Source: Octopus vulgaris
Taxonomy: Eukaryota
Assembly: GCA_951406725.2 (NCBI GenBank)
Contig: OX597834.1
Location: forward strand, 33,170,001 to 33,234,000
DNA length: 64,000 bases
Direction: 5' to 3'
Position 1 is the stretch's first letter; the number at the start of each line of letters is the position of its first letter. The notes below the pieces were generated by a model. The model did not search any database. It worked only from the letters and a program-made list of their open reading frames with translations, and was not told the origin of the DNA. A program made the translations under genes and the position numbers. Below, piece after piece: positions 1-15,400 of this stretch.

Positions 1-422
1 CAGACAGACAGATAGACAGACCGATCTCGGGAAAGAAGAGGAAGATGAAGAGGAGGTGGAGGGACGGAGAGGAAGACCTTCCACCACGACCACAACCACG
101 ACCGCCACGGCGATTGTCATATCGGCAGCACGACATATCTCTCGCCCTCTTCGCTGACGTCTTTTGTTTTGCTTGGAAAATGTCAAGGATGGAATCACAC
201 CGTCATTCACCATTTTTGTTCCAAAGAGACAGACAGACAGACAAACGGACAGAACAGAGCGACAGAGAGATTGAGAGAATGGTTTTATAGAGAGTTTGCA
301 GGAACGATGACAGGGAAGCTTCAATTTGATGGAGAGGAAAAATATTCTCTCTGTAATTAGCACCAGTCGCGTAGATTATTCCTTATTGTCGTAATTCCAG
401 ACCTGAAGGGTTTCTCTCATTG

Positions 423-860
<438 letters not shown>

Positions 861-1439
861 CTTGTCTTCCTTTCCACCTTACCTGTCAATCCATGGGAAA
901 GACGATGGAATTTCAGGAAAAATAGAAACAAAAATGACTTTTTTCTTTGCTTTTTTTCTCTTTGCTATTTTGTTTTATTTTTCTTTTGTTTTTGCCCTTT
1001 TGCTGGTGTCTTTGTTGTTTTTACTCAATTATTTCTGTTCGTCTTTGTTTTTTCTTCTTCTTTCTGTCTATATTTCGTTTCATTCCTGATAGTGTCTTCG
1101 CTCTTAAACTGTCTCAAGTTGTCTGTCTGTGAGTCTATCTATCCATCCATCCATCCATCCACCTATCTGTCCATCTATCTATCTGTCTGTATATCTGTCT
1201 GTCCATCTACCTATCTATTTGTTTGTCTGTCTCTAAAGCAATCTATCTTTCTAACAATCTGTCTGTCTGTCTGTTTGCCTGGTTATGTATCTATCTATCT
1301 ATCTATCTGTATGCATGTCTGTCTGTCTGTCTTTCTAGCTATTTATCAATCCATCTATGAGACACACTCGCAAAAGTGGAAGAGCATATAAAAAAAGTAT
1401 CTTTTAATGTACTTTAATCAGTTTATCTCTCTCTATCTC

Positions 1440-1498
<59 letters not shown>

Positions 1499-2354
1499 AC
1501 ATATATATATATATATATATATAAATCCTTAAAAGTGTTTTAGCCCGAAGGCCGCGGCCTTTTATATATATATGATATAAATATATACACCTCCCCCCAA
1601 AATTGCTGGCCTTGTGCCAAAATTTGAAACCAGTGCTACAGAAGTAAAGCATCGAGCTGGCAGAATCGTTACCGCACCGGAAAAAATGCTTTGCGTCATT
1701 TCATTCGTCTGCGTTCTGTGTTCAAATTACGCGGAAGTCGACTCTACCTTTCATCATTTCGAGGCCGATATAATAAGTACCAGTTGAGCACTGAGGTAGA
1801 TATTATCGACTTACCCCCTCCCCCGAAATTGCTAGCCTTGTGCCAAAATTTGAAATCGATATACTTTAGGGAAATCAGCAACGGCCGTTCGAAATTTTAG
1901 GCCCGTTAAGATATGCACAAAACCGGCAAGACCTTCATCACACTATAGATATGGTTGTGAGACAAACCGGGGGAAGATCTCTCTCCATAATTGCCGCAAA
2001 CTCGGGAACATTGCAGTATCATATAAGATCTTCAAAAGACCATTCCCCGAGCAACGGGTTAATATCGGAGTAACCTTCTCTCAGACACGTTCTTAGAGGC
2101 ACCATAATCCTAGTGAGGTAATAGCGTGCCAGTTACTGACCCAGTATCTATATATCGTCTGCCACAGACTTGTGAATGTAGCAGAGTCAGAAGACAATTA
2201 AAATGACGAAGACCACAGCGTGAACAGCGGGTTTATATCAGAATAACTTTCTGAATGAAATAAACTCTTTAAAGACAAGGGCCCACATTGTGTGCCAGGC
2301 ACCAACCCAGTGATTCTATATCTCCATGTTATCGCTTCGTAGTTCTTGACCCTA

Positions 2355-2741
2355 GTAGGAGCACTCCGTCGGTTGCGACGATGAGGGTCCCAGCTGATAC
2401 GATCAACGGAACAGCTTGCTCGTGATATTAACGTGCAAGTGGCTGAGCACTCCACAGACACGTGTACTTTTAACGTAGTTCTCGAGGAGATTCAGCGTGA
2501 CACAGAGTGTGACAAGGCTGGCCCTTTGAAATACAGGTACAAGAGAAACAGGAAGAAAGAGCGAGAGAAAGTTGTGGTGAAAGAGTACAGCAGGGTTCAC
2601 CACCACCCCCTACCGGAGCCTCGTGGAGCTTTAGGTGTTTTCGCTCAATAAACACTCACAATGCCCGGTCTGGGAATCGAAACCGCGATCCTCCGACCGC
2701 AAGTCCGCCAGCCCTAACCACTGAGCCATTGCGCCTCCACT
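2355..2741 (-). mobile_element. Full-length tRNA-derived SINE, family B
   Basis: A-box TGGCTCAGTGG and B-box GGTTTCGATTCC on the minus strand. 15-bp TSD TAGTTCTTGACCCTA at 2340-2354 and 2742-2756. Homologous to the copies at 19225 and 35499. Confidence 0.9.
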
Positions 2742-2917
2742 TAGTTCTTGACCCTACAATGGGTTCAGTCTCTCTCTTCCCAAATATTTCTTATCTGTCC
2801 GGTTAATATTGTTGCGTGATGGAGACGGCGGTTCAGACGCTGGCGACTCGGCCAGGCAACAGATTGCGATGGATTTACAGTACAATGGGAGGCCTAACTA
2901 GGCTATCGATGTGTGTA

Positions 2918-2994
<77 letters not shown>

Positions 2995-3084
2995 GGGTGT
3001 GTGCGTGTTTGTGTGTGTGTGTAGGGGTGTATGCACGCTCGCGAGCGTGTATTTAACAAATGAGTAAATGGAGAAACAACAGGA

Positions 3085-3374
3085 TAAGAGTGGCAAAAGG
3101 TTTTATCGGATGTTGTCTGGAAAATAAAAAATTCTGAAATGGTCTTTTGCAGGACATGTGTTTAGCCGAAAGGACAATAGATGAAATAGCAAATTGAGAG
3201 AATGGACACCACGTCCAGAAAAAAGGAAGGGAAGACCATGCAAAAGTTGGAATGAATATTTTGTTTCATTCCTCTGCCCTCAAACATGGGTGAGGAAAAC
3301 ATCAGGACATGGTCGGTGGAGAGAACAATGTTGAGGCCTTCGTCCAGCAGTGGAGTGAACGTGAGCAAGGATGA
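3085..3374 (+). mobile_element. Degenerate 3' end of an RTE-clade LINE
   Basis: Translates to KWSFAGHV...EWTP...GRP...W...EAFVQQW with stops, followed by (CATA)n. Confidence 0.75.
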
Positions 3375-3570
3375 CATACATACATACATACATACATACA
3401 TACATACATACATACATACATACACACACACGCACGTATACATACATACATACACACACACACACATACATACATACATACATACATACATACATACATA
3501 CATACATACATACATACATACATACATACATACATACATACATACGTATGTACATACGTATGTACGTACG

Positions 3571-3604
<34 letters not shown>

Positions 3605-3690
3605 CATATATGTATATACATACATACATACATACATACATACATACATACATACATACATACATACATACATGCATGCATGCATGCATA
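3375..3690 (+). repeat. (CATA)n microsatellite
   Basis: Read directly from the sequence. Confidence 0.97.
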
Positions 3691-3977
3691 TGATTACAAG
3701 TTCAGGTGTATACCTGTAATTATTGGGGCCCTGGGATATGTAACACACTGTCTAAATACCAATCTTGAGAAATTAGGCTTCTCAAAATCAGAGAGGAGAA
3801 AGCTGATTCGAAGACTACAGATCCAATTCATCACTGGAACTGTAAAAATCTGTAAAACTTTTCAGAAGTTCATCATTTAAGTATGTATGAGAATGTCTAG
3901 ATATGCAGCTGTATGCACGAGAATACAATGAAACAAAACATTCAAATCTGCACATATATATACACATACATACATAC

Positions 3978-4033
<56 letters not shown>

Positions 4034-4100
4034 TAATTTGAAAAAATCAGACACTGATGGGTGAAACCAGTTATATAATACAACCTGCACAGAAACCTCT
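3690..4100 (+). mobile_element. 3' end of an R4/Dong-like RLE non-LTR retrotransposon
   Basis: YKFRCIPVIIGALGYV...LEKLGF...GTVKICKTF* is typical of an RLE C-terminus and matches the copy at 7838-8040(-). Confidence 0.75.
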
Positions 4101-4124
4101 AACTATTTATTCCGTGTGTGTGTA

Positions 4125-4205
<81 letters not shown>

Positions 4206-4243
4206 TTATATATAGATAGAGAGAGAGAGAGAGGTAGGTAGAC

Positions 4244-4319
<76 letters not shown>

Positions 4320-4644
4320 GGATGGATGGATGGATGGATGAACGGACGGATGGACGGATAGATAGATAAATGAAATAACGAAGGCTGCCATACGCAATAT
4401 AAAACCAAGAAGGAAAAATTCAATTGTCACTAATTATGACTGGCAGTGCAGGGTAGCACCTACATTGCTAGAAATAAGAGCTAAAGTCCCTTAAGGCCGC
4501 AAAAAACACATGTCTATGCACTGACAGGGAAGGTAACCGCCCCAGAGCGAGCGAGACCATCATACTAGTCCTGTTTCGCTTTAGATTAAAAGCTCACCAG
4601 CGATGACTATTCCATCGCTGGATAGTTGCCTAAATCCCAACTGA

Positions 4645-4701
<57 letters not shown>

Positions 4702-4897
4702 CACCGTGAACACACCGTGACCAACCAGGCTATCAGATGTTGCTACACATCGCTGGTCACAATGCGCTTCACATTGTTTTAGCCTTTAAATGACACCACC
4801 CCGATGGCTAAGCGAGCATCCCAATATATATATAGATATGTGTGTGTGAGAGAGTGTGTGGGTGTGTATGGGTGGGTGGGTGGGTGGGTGTATATGC

Positions 4898-4943
<46 letters not shown>

Positions 4944-6115
4944 CGCGTGGCTTAGTGGTTAGGGCATTACGCTCATGATCGTAAGGTCGTGAGTTCGATT
5001 CCCGGCTAGGCGTTGTGTCCTTAAGCAAGACACTTTATTTCACGTTGCTCCAGTCCACTCAACTGCCAAAAATGAGTACTACCTATATTTCAAAGGGCCA
5101 GCCTTATCACGCTCTGTGTCACGCTGAGAACTATGTTAAGGGTACACGTGTCTGTGGAGTGCTCAGCCACTTGTAAGAGCTGGGACCCTCGTCGTCGCAA
5201 CCGACGGAGTGCTCCTTTTCTAAATGTGTGTGTATATATACATATATATATATTCATGTAACGTAGCGGTTCAGCAAAAGGGATTGATGGAATAAACAAG
5301 TAGTGAAGTCAGACTATGCTACTAAAACCCTTTGTAACAGTGCCCCAGCATGGCCGTAACCCAATGACTGTAACAGGTTAAAAGTAAAGAATTAAAGAAA
5401 ATTTTGATGTCGTCGCCGCTTCATAGCCCCACGTGTGATCTAGTCAAGCAAACCTTATCAATAGGGACGTCCCAGTTATGACCACCTCGTCTTACTGTAT
5501 ATTGAGAACATTGTAGAAAGCACAATTCCGTTTTAAAGACATTTAATGACAGGCGGTGTGATGACAATCATATATTTTAGTTGGAAGATGGGCAAAGAAT
5601 TCAAGGGAGATAAACATGACTTTTCACTTGTTAATTGCAGGTAGAGTAAATTCCCTTGAAATAGTAGGAGTTACTTCCCTTGTAAGATTAGTATTTTAAA
5701 AAATAAATTTCTGTACCAATTCTCAAGATTGTTCTGCATTTCGTCCGGATTTTCTCTCTTTTTTATATTTATATAAATTTTTTTTTCTATTATTCTAGTT
5801 GATCAAAGGTGAACAGAGAAGACAAAGGATCTAGCAAGATCGTTAGAGCTTTGAACAAAATGCTTTGTGGCGTGTGTCCTTTTTTACGTTGTGAATTCAA
5901 ATTTCGTCGAGGTCAATTTTTGTCTTCATCTTCCTGGGATTCACAAAATAAAATAACAGCTAAGAAATGGGATCGGCAGCATCGACTAATCTCTTCCGCC
6001 ATTGCTGGCCTGATTCCTAAATTAGAGACCATTATATTCCTTCTAATATGCATTCATATAGTTTACATATGGCGTAATGGTTAAGAGCCCTGGTTCGATT
6101 TCAGGCAGTGACCTG

Positions 6116-6148
6116 AATAATAATAACAACAATAACAACAACAACAAC

Positions 6149-6210
<62 letters not shown>

Positions 6211-6263
6211 TAATAATAATAATAATAACAATAATAATAATAATAAAAACAATAATAATAATG

Positions 6264-6327
<64 letters not shown>

Positions 6328-6335
6328 TAATAATA

Positions 6336-6366
<31 letters not shown>
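6116..6366 (+). repeat. (AAT)n microsatellite, about 250 bp
   Basis: Read directly from the sequence. Confidence 0.97.
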
Positions 6367-6370
<4 letters not shown>

Positions 6371-6517
6371 CACATACAAATACAGGATATGCTCTTTTAC
6401 ACGTTTCAGTCATTTGACTGCGGCCATGTTGCAGCACCGCCTTTTAGTCGATCAAATCGACCCCAAGACTTATTCTTTGTAAGCCTGGTACTTATTCTAT
6501 CGTCTCCTTTGAACCGC

Positions 6518-6560
<43 letters not shown>

Positions 6561-6575
6561 TGAGCCGCTTATATT

Positions 6576-6642
<67 letters not shown>

Positions 6643-7219
6643 TATATAATGGGAAGCTTTATGAAAATAGACAAAAGACGAAGGCAGGTGGGAAACAAAC
6701 AAACAATTGTATTAGTATGGCGCTCAGGAAATATAAATAAAACAAGTCTTTAACGTTTCGAGCCTACGCTCTTCAATAGAAAGATACACAGAGAGAAAAA
6801 AAACACAGAAAGAAGGAGAGAAAAAAAATGCGATGGGCTTCTTTCAGTTTCCGTCTACCAAATCCACTCACAAGACTTTGCTCGATCCGAGGCTATAGTA
6901 GAAGACACTGGCCCAAGTTGCCATGCAGTGGGATGAACCCGGAGACATTTGGCTGTTTAGGAAGCTTCTTACGACACACCCACGCCTGCGCCTATCTTAA
7001 ACATTCTGATATTAAGTATGCGAGGTGGGGGAACCGGATGTGTCTTTTCTGAGGAATAATTTTTTAAAATGTGAAACGGAAACCCCACCCCCACCCCCCG
7101 CCTTTCCTCTTTTTCCTGCACATCGAAAGCAGAGGAAGGAATGCATTTCCATTTTCATATTTCTCTCACAGCTAGGCTTTCTAATATTTGTAATTATTCC
7201 AGTCCCGATTCACGCTGTG

Positions 7220-7494
<275 letters not shown>

Positions 7495-7749
7495 GGGAAG
7501 TGATTTAGTTCTTGGAGGTATCCGGCTTAGGATCGTAAGGTCGTGCGTCCGATTCCCAGCAGCGTGTCGTGTCCTTGATCGAGGCATTTTATTTCACCTT
7601 GCTCCAGTCTCACTCATCTGCCAAAAATGTGTTTTACTCCTAACTGAAAGAACCAGCCTTGTCACATTCTGTCTGCCTGTCTGTCTATCTGTCTGTCTGT
7701 CTGTCTGTCTGTATGTATGTATATATGTATGTCTCTTCAATTTTTTTTA

Positions 7750-8608
7750 ATTATTATAAATCTTCCACTGAAGAGGGAACCGGTTTGCAACAAAGATACA
7801 AAGCTCCATCCTTGAGATGTAGTTAACACAGACAAATTCACATTTGGAACTTGAGAAAAGTCTTGCATATTTTTACTGTTCCACTCACAAATTGCACTTG
7901 TTATGAACGAATCAGCCGGTCGATTTCTCTTTTTGAAAATCCCAGTTTATCCAGATTCTCCTTTAAGCATTTACTAACAAAGCCCAGTGCTCCAATTATT
8001 CATTATTGGTATGAATATGAATTCTTAGTCTGGAAATAGAAGCTGGAGGTTTCGTAGCAGTTGTCTATAGAAATCCTCTTTTTCATTGATTTTCAAAGAG
8101 ATATTTATATCTGCAGGGCAGCTGACCTCTATGAAGGTACATCCCTTTGTTCCTCTATATCCGGCCCGTTATGCTTACATTTGACAGTAGTTTTGAGGAG
8201 AATATTTCACCAGTATTCCTTGAGTTGGTGTTTATGATTGTATTCCATAACAGAGCGATTTTCTAAGTTTATTTCAGGACAGTCTTTTTTGCGGATAGCA
8301 TTGTAAATTGTTTTAGCAACAACATCGTGCCGCATAGGGAGGAAGTACTGTGACAACATTTTAGGACAGCTGTTAATCACATGCGTGATATCTTTCACAG
8401 AAACATGACATAGCCTTCACATGTGGTTGCACCTTGGGATTACATGAGCGTCACTGTCTCTCTTGTTCACCAGGTACTTTATGGCAATCTCCTGTTCCTG
8501 AATTGCAAACACATAGCCTTCAAAGTGTGATGTGATGTAGTGGTCTAGTGTCCAGGAGAGGCTGCGAGTCGGGTCAATTCTACTGTTTTCTTCAAGCTTC
8601 CGGACAAC
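7750..8608 (-). mobile_element. R4/Dong-like RLE non-LTR retrotransposon fragment (pseudogenised)
   Basis: EGYVFAIQEQEI, zinc-knuckle remnant (RLC...ITHVINSC), RHD motif, HNGPDI (NRPD-like), IGALG region, stop at 7838-7840, short (TAA) tail. Confidence 0.8.
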
Positions 8609-9135
8609 ATGTGTGAGGGATGATCTTTTTAACTGGTTGAAATCCTTCATTCTCAGCCGAAAGGAGGTAGTCACAGTTCTAGGACAGTATTCTACACCAT
8701 ATGAGATGTCATCGGGTGTACCACAGGGATCTGTTCTTGGTCCCCTCTTGTTTGTGGCATATATTAATGACATAGATGCTAATTTAAAGAATGCCACATT
8801 ATTGAAATATGCAGACGACATCAAGCTGTACCTTGAAATCAAGAGGACAGATCCTGATGTCCACAACTCTTTCCGGCAATCAGACCTGGACACAATGCAG
8901 CAATGGATCACAGACTGGCAACTGAAACTGGCTGTGGACAAGTGTACCATCATGCATTTTGGGAGGAAAAAACCCTGCGTCCACATACTCCCTCCACAAC
9001 ACTGATATCAAGAAATCCTCTTGCGAGCATGACCTAGGCATCACTGTCAGCAGTGATTTGCGTTGGACAAAGCATATCTCTAAAATTGTCAAGAAGGCCG
9101 AGGGTGTCTTGGCATCACTCAGCAAGACTTTTGAA
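8609..9135 (+). mobile_element. CR1/L2-group LINE reverse-transcriptase fragment
   Basis: SGVPQGSVLGPLLF..YINDI, YADDIKLY, W...WQL.L...KC, frameshifted into CEHDLGITVSSDLRWTKHI. Confidence 0.9.
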
Positions 9136-9207
9136 TATTAGAGGTATGCCAAACTTTTCCGTCATTGTTCATATATACATATATAAGTCTGTGTGTCTGT
9201 CTGTATA

Positions 9208-9264
<57 letters not shown>

Positions 9265-9566
9265 GTATAAGGATGAAAAGGAACACACGAGTTGATATAT
9301 ATGAAAAAATATGGCAAAATAGAAAATGCTAAAATAATTTTATAAAGAACATTTCAGTACCGGTTTCAGTCATTTTGAGACCTTTTTCAACTGTAACGAT
9401 TAAATAATTAAATTTAGAAAAATTAAAAGAAATGTTTTTTTAAAGGAATATTTGTATAGTGTTCAAATATAAGTGGCATTTTCCTTCTTTCTGCCTTGCT
9501 CTGTCTCTCTTGTTCACACTTGTGGGTTCAAGGTCGTTGTGAATTCTTGGTAGGGAAGAAAAAGAA

Positions 9567-9618
<52 letters not shown>

Positions 9619-9993
9619 GAATGCCATCAAATCAATTAACACTATTTTGTTCGGCCTACAGAATATTCTAATATTTGACAGACGAATAATTTTAAAAATA
9701 AATGAAAATGTAATTCAGATTGTCCAGACATTTGTTTTTTGTTGTTTTTTTTTAAATATTATCATTAAAAAAATACTTTCTGCCAAACAAACATCATAGA
9801 TATGTAAAACATGGTAAATATAGAGTTGTCATTTCCAAAAATGGTGTCGTTCAGAAATATTGCGAATATTTTGAAACGATATGCGTATATAGTGTCTTTT
9901 ATCTCTTACCGGCTTCAGTCATTGGACTGCGACCATGCTGGGGCATCACCTTGAAGAATTTGTAAATATATATATAGAGAGAGAGAGGGGGAG

Positions 9994-10058
<65 letters not shown>

Positions 10059-10583
10059 TTATTCTTTTACTTGTTTCAGTCACATGACTGCGGCCATGCT
10101 GGAGCACCACATTGAAGGGTTTTAGTCGAACAAATCACCCCGGGACTTATTTTCTAAAAGCCTAGTATTTATTTTATTCTATCGGCTTCTTTTGCTGACT
10201 GCTAAGTTACGGGGATGTAAACACACCAACACCGGCTGTCAAGCGGTGACGGGAATGGACAAACACAAACACAAAGGCACACACATAGATATATGCATAT
10301 ACACAAATACATACATACATACATACATACATACATACATACATACATACATACATACATACGTGATCTCTTGAGCACTACCAGCTCAAATATTGTCTCC
10401 TCTGTCTTCCCTCCTTGGGATCTTTCCTTCTCCTTGTTTCCGACGAAGAGCTCCGCTCAAAACGTTAAACCCTCCTTCCCTTCTTTCCTGAGCGTCAATA
10501 ATACTTTAATTGTTCCACGTCCTGCGTTGCTGTGTTTTTTTCTCATTTTTTCTCTTTTTTTTTCTGTGTTTTCTTGTTTGGAT

Positions 10584-10656
<73 letters not shown>

Positions 10657-10716
10657 ATATAATATAATATAATATAATATAATATAATATAATATATATA
10701 CTGAAAGAAGCCCGTC

Positions 10717-10754
<38 letters not shown>

Positions 10755-10827
10755 GACGGGCTTCTTTCAGTTTCAGGCTATAGTAGAACACACTTGCCCA
10801 TATGAATAATATACATATATGTGTGTA

Positions 10828-10891
<64 letters not shown>

Positions 10892-11136
10892 CGTGTGTGT
10901 GTGTGTGTGTATTAGAAAAAATGAGATACTCAGAAATTTGGATGGTTTTATATTTACAGATATTTATTAATATGTCACATGCTTGCGTCCACTCCAGTGG
11001 AGTCATCAGATTGAACTTTTTCAGGAATTTTGTCTTTTTTTATAGTATTATTGAGTATGTAGGGGTGGAGAGAGATATAAGATAGTACGAAAGGGTGAGG
11101 AATGGGAAGAAAGTGAGAGATAGTGCGTGTGTGTGT

Positions 11137-11175
<39 letters not shown>

Positions 11176-11262
11176 ATCCATTAGGAACATCGCATGTGAA
11201 CGACTTCTATGTTGGTCTTTCGAAAAATAAACATTTCTTAATGAATAAATTTGGTTTTCATG

Positions 11263-11429
11263 CAGGAGTGGCTGTGTGGTAAGTAGCTTGCTTACCAACC
11301 ACATGGTTCCAGGTTCTGTTCCACTGCGTGACACCATGGGCAGGTATCTCCTACTATAGCCTCAAGCCGACCAAAGCATTGTGAGTGGATTTGGTAGACG
11401 GAAACTGAAAGAAGCCCATCGTATATATA

Positions 11430-11472
<43 letters not shown>

Positions 11473-11680
11473 TTGTGTCAGTGTTTGTTCCCCAGCATCG
11501 CTAGACAACCGATACTGGTGTGTTTACGTCCCCGTCACCTAGGGGTTCGGCAAAAGACACCGATAGAATAAGTACTAGGCTTACAAAAATAAGTCCTGGG
11601 ATCGATTTCTTCAACTAAAGGCGGTGCTCCAGCTTGGCCGCAGTCAAATGACTGAAACAAGTAAAAGAGTAAAAGAATAT
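11263..11680 (+). mobile_element. SINE family A copy upstream of GRASP
   Basis: Collinear with the copy at 34061. Confidence 0.88.
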
Positions 11681-12189
11681 CGAAAATACACGCACGCATA
11701 CACACATACACACACACGCATACACACACACACACACACACACACACATATGAGTGTATGTGCGTTTGTTAAAATCAACGTCCTTGAAGACATTTTATTA
11801 CGTTTCGGTCTGGAAAAGGGAGATAAATCTTTGAAGGGACGTAACTCTGATAAATGGTATCGCATTCATAAAGATCGCTAAAAGAAGTTATACTAAATCA
11901 ACGTATTTTAGTAAAAACCTCTGAATATTTTGCAGCAGTATGGCTGTAAGCAAATGACTGACACTAATAAAGACTAACACACTCACACACACTCATACAC
12001 ACACACATAAATATACGCACACATACATGCATCTTCTCGCATTTGTGTCTGCGTGTGTCTATGTGTGTGTGTGTGTCTATATTAGTAGCTTCGACGGAGA
12101 AACGGATTTATATTGCATAATATAAATCCGATATATTTTATAACAGTTTTATGCTTCCATAGGATATGGATGGCGTGTGTTAACGCGAT

Positions 12190-12375
12190 ATCGCTCACGT
12201 CTTACCCCGTGTCCCCGGAACCGGAAACTCCATGTATGTTACTTCCTGCCACGTTGGCGGCCATATTGGTTGTCTTGGTTTGTCAGTTTGCGGTGTTGGA
12301 ACCAACACCCCCGTCTTCGTCGAGCTCTATTGTTTCTTGCTCTTCTTCCTCTTCTCCGGGGCTTCTCTTCTTACC
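12190..12375 (+). promoter_or_regulatory. Putative TATA-less housekeeping promoter and 5' UTR of GRASP
   Basis: Repeat-free, CpG-richer stretch. Tandem ETS-type CCGGAA at 12215-12226, ACTTCCTG at 12241, YY1-type GCGGCCATATT at about 12257-12267. The TSS cannot be determined. Confidence 0.5.
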
Positions 12376-12438
12376 ATGGGAGGCTCTTTCAGCACCGAAG
12401 TACCTGGTGGTGGAACCGAAGGTTATCATGTACTTAGG
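12376..12438 (+). CDS. GORASP2: GRASP coding exon 1 (MGGSFSTEVPGGGTEGYHVLR), N-myristoylation motif G2...S6
   Basis: Start context ACCATGG, GTAAGA donor at 12439, phase 0. Confidence 0.96.
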
Positions 12439-15400
12439 GTAAGATATATTTTTCATCATCATCCTTCGCTGCCGCTTATTATTATTGTTGTTGTTGTTAA
12501 GGGTTCTGTCTTTCGTTGCGTATCAAATCCATCCTCCCCCTTTTTTTCTCGTCTGCTGTCATCGTTTAACTGCAGGTCCGCCCTGTTTGAGTAATATCTA
12601 TGACCAAACGTATTCCATTCGTGACCTTCCAGCCGTTATTATAAAAAACATATCTGGCATTACATTATCTAAGGTATCCTTCTAATTTTTAATTCTATAA
12701 AGGCCTGAATTAAAACAAGACGTGACTGCTATTTCTAGCCGCTCGACCTACCACGTAGGCGATTGACTTGCCGTTAATATCTTTTTATTCCCACTTCGTT
12801 ATATGTCTGTCCCCTAACAGATTTATTTTCACCTCTTTTACTCCCCTTATATGTCATTTACTTCCAAGTTTACTAAAAAGAACGACATACTAAATAGCTT
12901 TTATTCTTTCTGTTGTAGTAGTATTAGTAGTAGTAGTTCAAATCCCAATGGTGTCAATTTTGCTTTACACTCTTCCGGGGGTCTGACATAACCATAAAGC
13001 TCCCGTCAGGTACTTGTGGCCTTGCATCGAACCGACTTTTCAGCCTCCCTCGTGTCTCCCCGCCCCCACAAAAAATTTCTGGATTTTGGGACTCTCTGCT
13101 ACAAATCGTCGTCGTCATCATAAATCGTTCCCTTCGTTTCCTCGACATTTGCTGCCTGATTGACAAATATAGAACCAATTATTATTATCATTATTATTAT
13201 TAGTCGGCAAGAACCAGACCAGATGGTTCTTTTGACGTATTAGATTTAACATCCTAACTTTCGTTCCGCTTCAAACCATCCGCCGTATGTATACGTGGAT
13301 ATATATTTTAGGATTTAGATATACACACATACACACACGCGCGCGTAGTACCTACCATTCTACCCAGAGTATTTTATACATTCGCTCCAGCCCGTAATGT
13401 TAATACTATATTATCGATAGTGGTGATTAAAATTCGGTCAGAGATACCCACGTCTGGTATCTATATTCGGTCTCCTTGCCTCCTAATTTCATCACACTAT
13501 CAGCTTCCGAACACCTTACAATATACACACCGTCGCTGATTACGTATAACATGTTATACAGAAACATACGTATGATACTATGTGTTTATATATATATATA
13601 CACACACACATACATACATATACACGCCGCACGCATGTTTCTGCACACCTGGACATTCTCATTGTCAGCCGTGTCCTTGTCTTGTTTGAGACTGTGATTT
13701 GAATGTGATTTGGTTGCTATTTCTAGCAAGTCTGGTCACCGAGTTGAAGGAACAATCTCGGAGATTCTGTACACATTCGGTTTTGTCAACGAGGGTGCCT
13801 CAACGTGGTCGTTTAGGCTACTAGAAATAGCAGCTAAATTTCCCTCGGATTATACCCTGATGTCTCGGGAAACTAAATGGCGCATCGAATAGTGTGGTCT
13901 CCTAGGATATGCAATGTCCGACAGAAGGGTGAGGATGGTCATGGTTGTAACGTCTTTGAGCATAGCTCTGCTTATTCAGGGTTGGCCTCCTCCGTGTGTC
14001 TGGACACACACACACAAACAGTAGAAAAAGGTACCCGATACGAATGAAAGAAGCGATGCGGTGTGACGGAATACTTCAAATTGAAACTTCGCAATTAGTA
14101 CTCTTTCAGTTTGACCTTTTCGTATAAGAAAGGTGAAACTCGGAGTATCGATTGAGACAGTTCAATAGTTAGAAATTGTGTGTGTGTGGCGGGGTTTAAC
14201 ATGCTACAGTTTAATACCGGTTACCTGGGAAATAATCGTGTAGCCTCTTCTACAAACAGCAACGAACGACAATGAAACAAGACAAGCAAATAGCAACGAA
14301 ATCATTAATTGGTATTTGAACTGTGTATGATTACATATGAGCGTGTGGTTGGCTAGGTAGGTAGGTAGATAGATATAAGGGTTACGTTTGAAGTCCTTTG
14401 TGTATCATCTGTAAAGAGAAAAAATAAGGGTGGTCGTGGTGGTAGAAATTCGTAATCAGGGATATGGTAGGTTAGAAGAAGCTTGATTAACGTCTTAAAT
14501 TCATTGTCTTTCTCATATATATTCTTTTGAATATACATTAACGTATGAATTACATTATATTTTATATTGTGTGAAAGCTGGTCAGTAACGTCTCTGTTGT
14601 CGCTACTAAGGGCATCTTAGCTGCGTTATAAGACCCCACCCCGGGCAAATAAATGCACTGGTCCCTTATAGTATTTCTTTAATGGTAATAAGTCCCACAG
14701 CATACATAGATCAGAACTGGACCCCTAATCCCATGGGTTTTCAGGGCACTTGCCCAATGTGTCCGTGTCTTAAGACGGCTTTTGTCGCTACATGTTTTCT
14801 CTCTACGTACGATCTTACAGACGACAATATATATATGCATGTACACACAGAATTATGTATGTATATTATGCGTGCGTGTGTACAAATGTTGTTTTTCTTA
14901 TGTCGAATTATGTATGAAAACAGTTTAACATTAACCTGAAAGGTACATATTTATTGTACTTTTTACAAGAAGGGCAAAAGTGACTTCGAAGTCTCGGTCT
15001 TGGGTTAGCCGTTAAGGGGAGTAAAGACAACATTGAATCTAGATACACGAAGTATACATACACAGTATGGACAAGTTTCATGAAAATAGCGAAGCATGTA
15101 TGTATGTATGTATGTGTTTAGTATACTGGTGAGGTTTATGTAAAAGCATAGATTTTAAGAAAAAGAAAAGAAAAACTAGCCAGCCACATCCCACAAACTC
15201 CCGTACTGTGAGAGGCTCTTTGATGAGAGAATCAACTTGTGCTGAAGGGCGGTGGAAGCATGTTGATGCGATCCTTTGACCAGTTGCCTTCCAGACTCTG
15301 TCTTCCCACCACCACCACCTTTACAACTACTGTTGCTGCTAGTTTTTAATCTATTATTTATATAGAGTATTCTTCTTCTTATTATTATTATTATTAATGT

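Noticed and set aside
7764-7790. CTGAAGA...GAACCGGT and similar partial hammerhead-like words (also near 4053 and 44976)
   Set aside because: No convincing stem I or II, or a broken core. They could be chance matches.
8417-8986. 189-aa minus-strand ORF
   Set aside because: Chimera of the antisense CR1 RT strand and an R4-like fragment
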